Assembly: GCA_965219915.1 (NCBI GenBank) | Contig: OZ244794.1 | Location: 849,118-913,117, forward strand | Reading direction: 5' to 3' | Source: Rhodothermales bacterium | Lineage (GTDB): Bacteria; Bacteroidota; Rhodothermia; Rhodothermales; Bin80 | Length of the DNA: 64,000 nucleotides | In this document: positions 47,644 to 56,788 of the stretch, one piece after another | Layout: each line of letters begins with the position of its first letter | Numbering within the stretch: the stretch's first letter is position 1 | Notes under the pieces: model-generated | Databases searched by the model: none | Seen by the model: only the letters and a program-made list of their open reading frames with translations | Told to the model about the DNA's origin: nothing | Translations under genes and position numbers: made by a program

Positions 47644-49312
47644 TTCAAGGATTGTCAAGGCTGGCCTGATGATTGCGTTGTTCGTCTCGGCGGGCTGTGG
47701 ATCTGAAGCAGATGAGGAAGCTCCGGAAATTAGCAGGCGTACGGTTGAGATTGTCTTTACTGATGTAACGGAGGAGTCGGGTTTGGGTGGTTTCCAGCAT
47801 GAAACAGGTGCTTTCGGAGAAAAGTGGTTTCCAGAGACAATGGGGGCAGGTGGCGGCTTCCTGGATTATGACAGCGATGGGATGCTGGATGTATTGCTTG
47901 TTTCAGGCGGGTTTTTTTCGTCAAGAGAGCAGGTGTCGCCACCAGCGCTCCGACTGTATAAGGGCATTGGAGACGGCACGTTTTCAGAAGTCACACAGGA
48001 GTCTGGATTGGCAGGATTGCAGGCCTACGCCTTTGGCGTTAGCGTTGCGGATTATGATAATGATACTGATGCAGACATTTTTGTCACTGCACTGTACGAG
48101 AACCTCCTGCTTCGTAATGATGAGGGTGTATTTAGCGAAGTCAGTGCAGAAGCAGGGTTGGGAGGCTATCGGGAGTGGAGTGCAGCCGGTGTGTTTATGG
48201 ATGCAAATTTGGACGGATGGCTTGACCTTTATGTGGGAAACTATGTTGACTGGACGCCGGAAAAGGACATTTACTGCACGCGTGTCGGAGATAAGAAATC
48301 CTATTGCACACCGGAGCAGTATGAGGGGATATCTGGTCGTTTTTATGTCAACCTAGGTGACGGGACATTTGAAGAGCGATCAGATGATTTCAGGGGCTTG
48401 CCTGGAAAGACACTTGGAGCAGCCAGTCTGGATTACAACAGAGATGGATGGTCTGATTTGATTGTGGCAAACGATACGCAACGGGATTTGCTTTTCGAAA
48501 ATCAACGCGATGGGACATTCATTGAGAAAGGCATCGCAAGTGGCATTGCGTTTGATGAGACTGGGCGGGCGCGTGCCGGTATGGGACTTGATGTTGGTGT
48601 TGTAGACGAAACTGGCAGAGAGACGGTGTTTGTAGGGCATTTTTCGGGCGAGATGGTTGGTGTTTATCGTCACGCGGGTAGTAGTATTTTTATCGAACGG
48701 GCTGCCGTTTCCCAGATTGGACGTCCCAGTTTACCTACACTTACCTTCGGTCTCTTGCTTGCTGATTTTGATCTGGACGGGGATCTGGACTTATTGACGG
48801 CGAACGGCCACATAACTGAAGATATCGGAGAGGTGGAGGAGGGCATAACTTTCCGGCAGCGCACACAACTTTACGTGAACGAAGGGAGTGGTCTATTTTC
48901 CGAGATTGAGGCAAGCGGCGCTCTGGCAGAACTTATGGTAGCCCGGGGCGCTGCCTGGGCGGATTATGACATGGATGGAGATCCAGATGTGCTTATCAGT
49001 GAGAACGGGGGGCCTGCACGCCTCTGGCGCAATGACACGCAGCCTGGTAGTTCATTAATCGTTCAATTGACAGGTAACAGCAGTAATCGCGATGGCATTG
49101 GCAGTCGCGTCCGTGTGAAAACAGATCAGGGATGGCAGGAGCGTTATGTGAGAGGAGGCGCAAGCTATCTTTCGCAAAACCAGCGATGGCCGCTGTTTGG
49201 GCTTGGGTTGTCTGCTGTTGCTGACTCTCTGGAAGTATATTGGCCCGATGGTACTTTGACGGTACGGGAGGCTGTACCAGCAGGCGTGATCACATTAACT
49301 GAAGAACCATAG
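47636..49312 (+). CDS. CRTAC1-family lipoprotein, paralog 3
   Basis: Lipobox FVSAGC. Same layout (SSLIVQLTGNSSNRDGIGSRVRVK...RGGASYLSQNQ). 8-nt overlap with paralog 2. Confidence 0.85.
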   Translation: MSSSRIVKAGLMIALFVSAGCGSEADEEAPEISRRTVEIVFTDVTEESGLGGFQHETGAFGEKWFPETMGAGGGFLDYDSDGMLDVLLVSGGFFSSREQVSPPALRLYKGIGDGTFSEVTQESGLAGLQAYAFGVSVADYDNDTDADIFVTALYENLLLRNDEGVFSEVSAEAGLGGYREWSAAGVFMDANLDGWLDLYVGNYVDWTPEKDIYCTRVGDKKSYCTPEQYEGISGRFYVNLGDGTFEERSDDFRGLPGKTLGAASLDYNRDGWSDLIVANDTQRDLLFENQRDGTFIEKGIASGIAFDETGRARAGMGLDVGVVDETGRETVFVGHFSGEMVGVYRHAGSSIFIERAAVSQIGRPSLPTLTFGLLLADFDLDGDLDLLTANGHITEDIGEVEEGITFRQRTQLYVNEGSGLFSEIEASGALAELMVARGAAWADYDMDGDPDVLISENGGPARLWRNDTQPGSSLIVQLTGNSSNRDGIGSRVRVKTDQGWQERYVRGGASYLSQNQRWPLFGLGLSAVADSLEVYWPDGTLTVREAVPAGVITLTEEP

Positions 49313-49469
49313 CCGATTCATGAACATCCTATTGAAACCGCATATACGCGTCTGCATAAGCTTCTAGGATCCACATACCAGGATAAGGCATCGGTAGAGT
49401 ATGCATATCGTGCCATCGTCCGGTGTTGACCTGGTTGCGACAATTTGAAATGATTCCTTCCAAGGTACA

Positions 49470-50735
49470 ATGAGAACAAGACTGCTACTGTTATTCCTGT
49501 TAGCCGCTGGTTGCTCTGAGCCCAACGGGATTGCGGAAGAGCAACGAAAGAATCTTTCTCCGTGGGTGGCCAGATACATGGTTGAAGCAGAAAATGCATT
49601 CGGGCGGGGTATTTATGAGTTGGCACTCACCTATACGGACAGTGTGGAGGCGTATGTGCCTGAATTGGCTGATCTTCATTACCTGCGCGGCAGGATATAT
49701 ACGCAACTCAATCGCCTGGATGTTGCGCAGGCTGCCTATCAAACGGTATTGGAGATTGATCCAGTGTACGCCGGGGCCCGGTTTGCTATGGGATTGAACA
49801 GTTTCCGGCGTGGCAAGCTTCGCGACGCCATCAACTCCTACCTGGAGGAGGAGTCTCAGGTAGGCCCTACAACGGCTCTGTACCATGAATTGGGGCGGGC
49901 TTATGCCAAACTTGGTGTGCCAGACAGTGCCCAGATCGCGTATACTCGGGCCTTAACAATTGATCCCGATCATGCGATGACTTACATGTGGTTGGGACAG
50001 TTACTCGAGGAAACTGGAGATTTGGAGGGGGCATTAGAGACCTCCCTGTCCGGCTTAAGACTTCGCCCGGATGACTTGGACTACCAGTACATCGTAGGCA
50101 CGCAGTATTTCAGGTTGGATTCGGCTGAAGCTGCGCTTCCGTACCTGGAGCCCGTGGCCGAGAAGCGCTCATGGCATCACGGTGCACAGTTCAATCTTGG
50201 ACAAGTCTACATGCGGCTTGGGCGGGAGTCTGACGCAGAGATGTATTTTGCAAGAGCCGACCAAGCGCAGCAGCTACAGCAGCGTGTTAACGAAGCGCAG
50301 AACGCCATTAACAATGATCCTGGGTCGCCAGCCAACTGGATTGAGCTTGGTAACCGGCTTCGTCAAGCTAAGAGATTTGGGCGTGCGATTGAGGCGTACA
50401 AGAATGGGTTGACCATTGACGTACCACCGGGGCTTGCGTTGTACATGCAGACTAATCTTGCAACGTTATATCTCGAGTGCGGGGATGCAACGGAGGCGGC
50501 CAACAGACTTGAAGCAATCCTGCGCGCGGATCCTACTTTAACTGCTGCGAGATTCAATTTAGGCGTGGCATATGCACAGGGTGGGAGACTGGATGAAGCG
50601 CGTGCAACATGGGTAGAACTTCTCGAAATGGAGCCCACGCATGAGAATGCCTTGGCCTATCTGGAATTACTGGACTCAACGGATCGAACTGAACATGTGG
50701 AAGCGAGCGGTACTGACTGCCTTGATACTGGCTAA
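49470..50735 (+). CDS. TPR-repeat lipoprotein
   Basis: Lipobox LLAAGC. Multiple TPR units (AYQTVLEIDPVYAGARFAMGLN, YTRALTIDPDHAMTYMWLGQ, NLGVAYAQGGRLDEA). Confidence 0.75.
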   Translation: MRTRLLLLFLLAAGCSEPNGIAEEQRKNLSPWVARYMVEAENAFGRGIYELALTYTDSVEAYVPELADLHYLRGRIYTQLNRLDVAQAAYQTVLEIDPVYAGARFAMGLNSFRRGKLRDAINSYLEEESQVGPTTALYHELGRAYAKLGVPDSAQIAYTRALTIDPDHAMTYMWLGQLLEETGDLEGALETSLSGLRLRPDDLDYQYIVGTQYFRLDSAEAALPYLEPVAEKRSWHHGAQFNLGQVYMRLGRESDAEMYFARADQAQQLQQRVNEAQNAINNDPGSPANWIELGNRLRQAKRFGRAIEAYKNGLTIDVPPGLALYMQTNLATLYLECGDATEAANRLEAILRADPTLTAARFNLGVAYAQGGRLDEARATWVELLEMEPTHENALAYLELLDSTDRTEHVEASGTDCLDTG

Positions 50736-51924
50736 CGCGGGCATTGGGGCCAAGTCCCAGTCTATGCAGGAGGGAGACTGGGTCGGACAAATCATTCACC
50801 TTACAGGTCGTTATATGGATGCGATCTACAAAGTGCGCAATACTAATGGTGAACTTCAGATTGTGCTGGAAGTAGAGAATTTTGGGCCCTTTGAATTCAA
50901 TGACATCCAGGTGACGCCGGACAGCCTCTCCTTCGTGTGGGAACCCTCATTTGAGCTGCAGTGCACGCTGGCCAGACTTCCAGATAACGTATATCACGGT
51001 GTGTGTAAGGACCCATGGGGAGGGTTCGGCGGTATTGTGATGGCGCCTCCGGGTTCAAACGCGGATGAGTTGACATTGGACGAAATGACATTCAAGAGCA
51101 TCGCAGGTATAGGTGATGCTGACTCGGAGGAAAAAGCTTCGATTTTAGGTCCAATGTATCCAGCGGGGCAGTCGGCGCAATTATCCAGTGGAGCTGTGAA
51201 CTACGTGGATGCTGGCTCCGGTCCGATTACGGTGATACTCATTGCGGGTCTGGGAGATAATCTTACATCATGGGAATTGCTCCATCGAGGTTTGGCTCGC
51301 GAGACGCGTGTCATAGCCTACGACCGCCCGGGTCTTGGGTTTTCAGAGGAGACCAGTATTGCGCGCACGCCTGAGCAGATGGCCACTGAGCTGAACGAAC
51401 TCCTTCGGGGTGCCGAGATAACCTCTCCATATCTAATTGTGGCTCATGCAGAGAGCGCCTTTACTGCACGGCGTTTCGTGGATCTGTACGGAGAGGATGT
51501 ACACGGACTCGTGCTGCTTGACCCCCATCATGAGGATCAGGCAGCGCTGTGGGAGGGTTTAGACGCCCTAGGATGGGAGTCCTATTGGACGCAGCTAAAA
51601 CAATTCCAGATGATGCTTCCCGGCGGTGCCGGTCGGGAGTTTGAAACCTATGCGGCAATCATCGACGGTGAGAGGATTCCCGGATTGGGTCAGGTACCTC
51701 AAGTCCCCACTGTGGTGCTGACCGCCGGTCGTGTATCTGAGTCTCCGAGGTGGATCGGAGAGACCCGGGAGGGGCGTGAAGCATGGAATGATTTTCATGC
51801 CGACTGGGTGCAGCGAATGCCTTCTGGCAGCCATATAATTCAACTGCAAAGCGGGCCATACATCCAGAACGAGAAGCCAGACGAGGTAGAGGAGATCATT
51901 CGAGCGATGCTCACTGCCAAATAG
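50695..51924 (+). CDS. secreted alpha/beta-hydrolase-fold protein with an N-terminal extra domain and a non-canonical nucleophile elbow
   Basis: Signal peptide MWKRAVLTALILANAGIGA. ITVILIAGLGDNLTSW, DRPGLGFSE, the elbow LIVAHAESAF, and LVLLDP. Start placed at ATG 50695, a 41-nt overlap with the TPR gene. Confidence 0.7.
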   Translation: MWKRAVLTALILANAGIGAKSQSMQEGDWVGQIIHLTGRYMDAIYKVRNTNGELQIVLEVENFGPFEFNDIQVTPDSLSFVWEPSFELQCTLARLPDNVYHGVCKDPWGGFGGIVMAPPGSNADELTLDEMTFKSIAGIGDADSEEKASILGPMYPAGQSAQLSSGAVNYVDAGSGPITVILIAGLGDNLTSWELLHRGLARETRVIAYDRPGLGFSEETSIARTPEQMATELNELLRGAEITSPYLIVAHAESAFTARRFVDLYGEDVHGLVLLDPHHEDQAALWEGLDALGWESYWTQLKQFQMMLPGGAGREFETYAAIIDGERIPGLGQVPQVPTVVLTAGRVSESPRWIGETREGREAWNDFHADWVQRMPSGSHIIQLQSGPYIQNEKPDEVEEIIRAMLTAK

Positions 51925-52382
51925 TGCCTGCGCGGAAATCAAGGTGCGACGCTGTGGAAAGTCTTTCGAGTAAGGCTTTGGGCGTTCCATGTCGGGCAAG
52001 TTCTTCCTATTTTCGCGATTTGGTGTGTACGGTTTTCGGTGCGAAGTTTCTGAGATTCACATATCTGAGACCCGTATAACATGGCAGTTCCGGTATCCAT
52101 TGCTTGGGGTAGGCATGGTTTTGTCAAACACTCATAAATGCTCCCTGCTTTACAGGCGTCCCGATACTGGGGGCTAATATATTTGCGATCCCTTCAGGTT
52201 TACAATCCACATGCCATGTACTCAATTTTCTTGTGCCCCTTTGTTGCCTGCTTGACACGTGACACGTTTATACAGAACTCAAAGCTATGAACCTTTGCCC
52301 GGTTGCCTTGAGACAACTAAATACAAAAGTGACTAATTGCCGCTGGACAGGTGGATACTGATATATGCATGGGTATACCCGA

Positions 52383-54359
52383 CTAGTCCCTGACGAAAAC
52401 TATACGCTGGGAGGATGCTGGTCGATCTTCTATGTGGCTCCGAACAATGTAGGTTCCGGCCGAGAGTCCATCGGATTTGATCTTGATACGGGTTGATTGG
52501 TGAAGTGGAGGCGTACCGCTGAATAGAGTCTGAATCCGACGACCAAGGAGATCATACAGCGCTATATCAATTGATCCGTATGTGCCGGAAGTGAACTGGA
52601 GAACTGCTTCGGTGGAAAACGGGTTTGGATAAACTTTCTCTGTTACAAGGCCTTCGTTATACAATTCAACAGTCACAGGTCCGGTAATCCTGTAGGCGCC
52701 GTTGGCTGTAACTTGCCGGATCTGGAAAGAATACCGGCCTGGATCCAGATCCTCTACGGTATACGTAAAGTTGGTCTGCGCTTCGCTGGCTACCTGGACT
52801 TGACCGATGGTCGTTGGTTGTGGCTGCGTGTCTTCAACGAAGAACGTAATCTTGGAAGAGGATGATGTTATAGACCAGGTGAGTTGAATTGATCGTTCCC
52901 CGGGTACAGCTTTCAACTCACTTATAGCGACAAGATCATTTCCCAGACAGTCTCCGCGAAGCTGAAGATGACAGATAGGATCAGTATCAAGTGCTACATA
53001 TTCAGGACTATCAGGCACGCAAATGCCGGCATTGTTGGAAAGGTTGCAATTGGACAGTTGTGCGCCAAGAATTGCAACCTGGTGTGGCAGTGCGCCCGTC
53101 AGCTTGTTGTAGCTAAGATTCAGAGTATCCAGGCTTGTAAGCGCGGCGTATTTTGCCGGTACGGGTCCTTGGATGTTATTGCCAGATAGGTCAAGGACTT
53201 CAAGGCTCTGAATGGAAGAGAGTGAGGCGGGCAACGTACCTGTCATACCATTATTCGGCAGGATCAAACGGGTTATTCTCTCATCAACACAGCTGACGCC
53301 ATCCCAATCACATGGTTGTGAGCTCGCGAGCCATCCATTATTTCGTGTCCATGTTGCCCCTCCCGTGTTAGCGTAGATAGATTCAAGGCTATCACAGTTG
53401 GGCCCTTCGCATGCTTTACATGTGTCGTCTCGATACAATGAGCAAACTTGGTCCAGATTGGCATATGGAGGAGCATTTGGGATACATAATCGATTTCCTT
53501 GCAGATAACAGTTATTTATGCCTGCGGCAAAGGTGGCCGTGGAGAGGGACAGCGAGCCTTCCAGATTATTGTCTGCAAGGGACAGCCAGAGAAGTGCGTC
53601 TAGATTGGCTAATTCTTCCGGTATCCTCCCAGACAGTTGATTTTCGCTGGCATCAAAAAACCTTAGCATGTTGAGATCTCCCAGCCACATTGGCAGAACT
53701 CCGGTGAACATATTTTGGCGCAAGTTCAGGTACTCGAGCCTGGTCAGATTGCGGAGTGTATCGGGAATTGGTCCGCCCAAACTATTGCCACCGAGATCTA
53801 GGCGCTGCAATTGCAATAATTGTCCGAGGCGCTCTGGAATTGGCCCTTCCAGTTCATTGGCTTCCAGGCTCAGCTCTCGAAGATTGGAGAGACTTCCGAG
53901 TTCTGCCGGAATGGTGCCTGTGAAGGCATTATTTCCCAATGTTAGAATCTCCAAGTACTCAAGATCTCCGAGCGTTGTTGGTATCTGACCGGTCAGTTTT
54001 CTTAATCGAACACCCGGGCCACTGTTGTCGATCCGAATGGATTGTAGTTCCTGCAGGAATGCCAAGTCTCCCGGCAAGGTACCAGTCAGGTTATTGCCGG
54101 AGAGGTCAATGTGAATGATTTCTCTGGGCCACTGTGAGGATCTGCACGTGATACCGTACCAATCACAGGGTTGATTAGTCCGAAGCCAACCGCGTACGTT
54201 ACGCCAGTTATATCCGTCTGTATCGTAGAAGAGTTTTTCCAGTACTTTGCATGCTTGTAGCGTAATCTGGTCAATGAGTGGGCAGCCCACAAACTGCGCT
54301 CGTGTCGCGGTTGCACTGGATACCGCAATCAACATTACAAGGACAACAACACGCGTCAT
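52383..54359 (-). CDS. leucine-rich-repeat protein (plant-type 24-residue LRRs) with a T9SS C-terminal sorting domain
   Basis: Signal peptide from ATG 54359. Two cap-like modules (NQPCDWYGITC and SQPCDWDGVSC), each followed by LxxLxLxxNxLtGxIP repeats. C-terminal VYPNPFSTEAVLQF...IALYDLLGRRI...GTYIVRS. Confidence 0.8.
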   Translation of the reverse strand: MTRVVVLVMLIAVSSATATRAQFVGCPLIDQITLQACKVLEKLFYDTDGYNWRNVRGWLRTNQPCDWYGITCRSSQWPREIIHIDLSGNNLTGTLPGDLAFLQELQSIRIDNSGPGVRLRKLTGQIPTTLGDLEYLEILTLGNNAFTGTIPAELGSLSNLRELSLEANELEGPIPERLGQLLQLQRLDLGGNSLGGPIPDTLRNLTRLEYLNLRQNMFTGVLPMWLGDLNMLRFFDASENQLSGRIPEELANLDALLWLSLADNNLEGSLSLSTATFAAGINNCYLQGNRLCIPNAPPYANLDQVCSLYRDDTCKACEGPNCDSLESIYANTGGATWTRNNGWLASSQPCDWDGVSCVDERITRLILPNNGMTGTLPASLSSIQSLEVLDLSGNNIQGPVPAKYAALTSLDTLNLSYNKLTGALPHQVAILGAQLSNCNLSNNAGICVPDSPEYVALDTDPICHLQLRGDCLGNDLVAISELKAVPGERSIQLTWSITSSSSKITFFVEDTQPQPTTIGQVQVASEAQTNFTYTVEDLDPGRYSFQIRQVTANGAYRITGPVTVELYNEGLVTEKVYPNPFSTEAVLQFTSGTYGSIDIALYDLLGRRIQTLFSGTPPLHQSTRIKIKSDGLSAGTYIVRSHIEDRPASSQRIVFVRD

Positions 54360-54547
54360 GACGGTCAGTGATTGCTGTTGCGTTACCACCGGACTGGTCA
54401 GTTGTTCATCAGCATGCATTTCCAAAACATCACGATGGCAGCCAGACAAAAACCAATTCGACGGTTCCAGGTGGCGTTAGGTTGAGGAAGCAGTTAATCT
54501 GAGATACCAAAGAATGATGCACGACACCGGTATCTGCCACGCGTAAC

Positions 54548-54775
54548 TCACCGCGCGCAAAGTTTAGGAAACGGTAACGTGTGGAGTAGCCCGCAATTAT
54601 TCCTCGCCCGCCTCAACAATTGTGGATAGGTTGGCAGGCTGCCCGATGCCATTAAGATTCGATGCTCCTCAATAGCACTTTGATACTCAAGATACTCAGG
54701 GCTGACGGGCATTACGTATAGTATCAAGTTAGCGTCCAATTCGTCAGAAAGCGAGTTTAGGAAATAGTTCTTCCT
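54548..54775 (-). pseudogene. decayed 3' remnant of a DUF4249-like gene
   Basis: Aligns by eye (high-70s % identity) to 55651-55855, the 3' end of the intact gene. It carries a 1-nt deletion after GAGGAGCAT and a TAA where the intact copy has TAT (GGAATAATTGCGGGC vs GGAATATTTGCGGGC). No 5' part is present. Confidence 0.75.
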
Positions 54776-55265
54776 GTCCCCCAGTGCGCTCATACATCAC
54801 CTCCTCTTGGCTCCTGCTACTGCCATCCTTGAGTAGGTGCTCAACTTCAATTCCTTCCTGGACCAAGGCCTCCCCAATCATGCCAGATCGGTGACACTGT
54901 GTTGGATTCGCCTCGGCACATAGCAGGCAGACGATGTAATCTCGCTCGCAGGCCGCGCGCAAACGAGCAATACCCTCCTTGAAGACAGGCATTGCGCGCA
55001 CCTTCTGGTAATTCACATGGTTATTATCGTAACAGGATTCATCGTCCGGGCGGCCGCCCAATTGGTGTCCCATGAATCCATACTTCAGCCCCGCGTTGCG
55101 TAGTGCCTTCGCCAGTGGTTTTCGTGCAAACTCAGGCTGATACCTGGAATAAGGAACCGAACGAACGTCAATCACAAACTGGATCCCTTTAGCTCGCACC
55201 TGGCGCACAATTTCGTCCACTGTGCGTCCCCCGTGCCCGATAGTATATACGCGAAATCTAGGCAT
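54744..55265 (-). CDS. DUF488-family protein
   Basis: VYTIGHGGRTVDEIV...GIQFVIDVRSVPYSRYQPEF...LLCAEANPTQCHRSGMI is the characteristic DUF488 layout. Confidence 0.8.
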   Translation of the reverse strand: MPRFRVYTIGHGGRTVDEIVRQVRAKGIQFVIDVRSVPYSRYQPEFARKPLAKALRNAGLKYGFMGHQLGGRPDDESCYDNNHVNYQKVRAMPVFKEGIARLRAACERDYIVCLLCAEANPTQCHRSGMIGEALVQEGIEVEHLLKDGSSRSQEEVMYERTGGQEELFPKLAF

Positions 55266-55629
55266 GTCAATTCAATAATGGGCGAGGATGTGTCAGTTGT
55301 CGAGTTACCTGACTATGTCTAACGACAACACCCCTTGGAAAATCTAAGTTCCACACATGCCTCTCCCATTATACAGAATGTGTGAAATTTTGCAGGGCGT
55401 AATAAGTGCTAAAAACAGGGATGGTCGGCACGAGGCTTGAATGATCGTGTAATTCATTTACGCTTGAACAAACAAAAACCGAGAAAATGGAACCTAAGCA
55501 TGTGGAGAAGAACTCATTGTCCGGTGTTTTTCTGCGTACAAGGCAGCGCAAAGAGAGCAATACTGAGTCAGATTGGGGCAGCGACTCGGAGTCTGGGATA
55601 CGACGCTGCGCACCGGGATCTGCAACGCG

Positions 55630-56784
55630 CTACTCGGTGCCCGCTAAGTCAAGGATACGGTAATGCGTGGAATAGCCCGCAAATATTCCTCGTCCACCCT
55701 CAAAATTTGTGTATAGATTGGCAGGCTGCCCGAAGCCATCAAAATTCTCATGCTCCTCAGTAGCACTTCGATGCTCAACGTACTCCGGACTGAGGGCCAT
55801 TACGTATAGTACCAAGGTAGCGTCCAATTCGCCTTCGAAATCGCTGAACAGATCCACGGTGATATCAAAATCTTGAACTTGGCCATCTGAGGATCGATCG
55901 GACAGGATACCAATGGTACAGAATTCGTCCTCTGCAGGGTTGCTTTCAATAGGATTCAGTACGTCACTGAAGGAGCAATACCATCGCTGGCTGTTATGGA
56001 TCATAGCTAACTCATGGACTGTGAATTCCGAGGCAGTAGGAGACTCGTCTGCCGGAAGTGCAAGAAAAATGCTAAAACTGTAATAATTCAGGCCAGGGTT
56101 GTCAGCCAGACTGAAACTGACCAAGTATTGGGAGTCCAACATCAACGAGGAGAAAGTGTCCAGTTTTGTGACTTCGGCTGAAAGTATGTCGGGGGGGAGA
56201 GGGGCCATGGAGATTGCTGATGTCGAAGGCAATCCGGGCGCCTCAACGACCATCCGGTAGGGTGTGTTTGTGCGTGGCGTCCGCATTCTCGGTGACTCAT
56301 ACCAACCATCCTCTCCACCGTCGTGAGTAAGTCGGGCGACGAGGACATCGTCCCTGTAGATCGTGACCGTTGCATCATCCAAGAAAACCGATGTCGTATC
56401 TCCCAGTTCTCCAATCGGAATCGTTTTTGCAACCCGTGCTGCCCAGACCGAATCTGGTGTGAAATTGCTAGTGACGTTCAGCTCAGGGTCGTAATCCGGA
56501 GGATCAATCTCAATGGTAGTTTCGCAGGCCGACAGAAATAAAATGCACACTGTAAGTAATTGGATGACCGGGTAATGAGGAAACCGTGGGCGCCACAAAT
56601 TCTGAGTTAGTCTGGTCCAGATGTGCCCAACAATCCGCACGAAATCTCCAGAGCGGAGCAGACAACTTTGCCTGCCATTCGTCAAGGCGTTTGCTGGCGA
56701 TGAGGAGTCGCCCTGCAAGAACTGCAATAACATCATGTTCAAATGATCCCGTTGGATTAGAGAACGGCCAAGTGGATGCCCCAT
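55630..56784 (-). CDS. DUF4249-like lipoprotein (usual partner of the upstream TonB-dependent receptor)
   Basis: Lipobox ILFLSAC about 85 residues into the ORF, so the true start is probably internal (for example TTG 56598). Beta-rich body. Positioned 4 nt after the TBDR stop. Confidence 0.7.
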   Translation of the reverse strand: MGHPLGRSLIQRDHLNMMLLQFLQGDSSSPANALTNGRQSCLLRSGDFVRIVGHIWTRLTQNLWRPRFPHYPVIQLLTVCILFLSACETTIEIDPPDYDPELNVTSNFTPDSVWAARVAKTIPIGELGDTTSVFLDDATVTIYRDDVLVARLTHDGGEDGWYESPRMRTPRTNTPYRMVVEAPGLPSTSAISMAPLPPDILSAEVTKLDTFSSLMLDSQYLVSFSLADNPGLNYYSFSIFLALPADESPTASEFTVHELAMIHNSQRWYCSFSDVLNPIESNPAEDEFCTIGILSDRSSDGQVQDFDITVDLFSDFEGELDATLVLYVMALSPEYVEHRSATEEHENFDGFGQPANLYTNFEGGRGIFAGYSTHYRILDLAGTE

Positions 56785-56788
56785 AGTT

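Noticed and set aside
55266-55629. 364-bp spacer between DUF488 and the DUF4249 gene, including the 63-aa and 108-aa ORFs (55369-55560 minus strand, 55437-55763 plus strand) and a small GACTCgGAGTC palindrome.
   Set aside because: The ORFs overlap each other and, for one of them, the DUF4249 3' end, and neither has a family signature. The palindrome is too short to interpret. The region is treated as non-coding and noted under the repeat finding.
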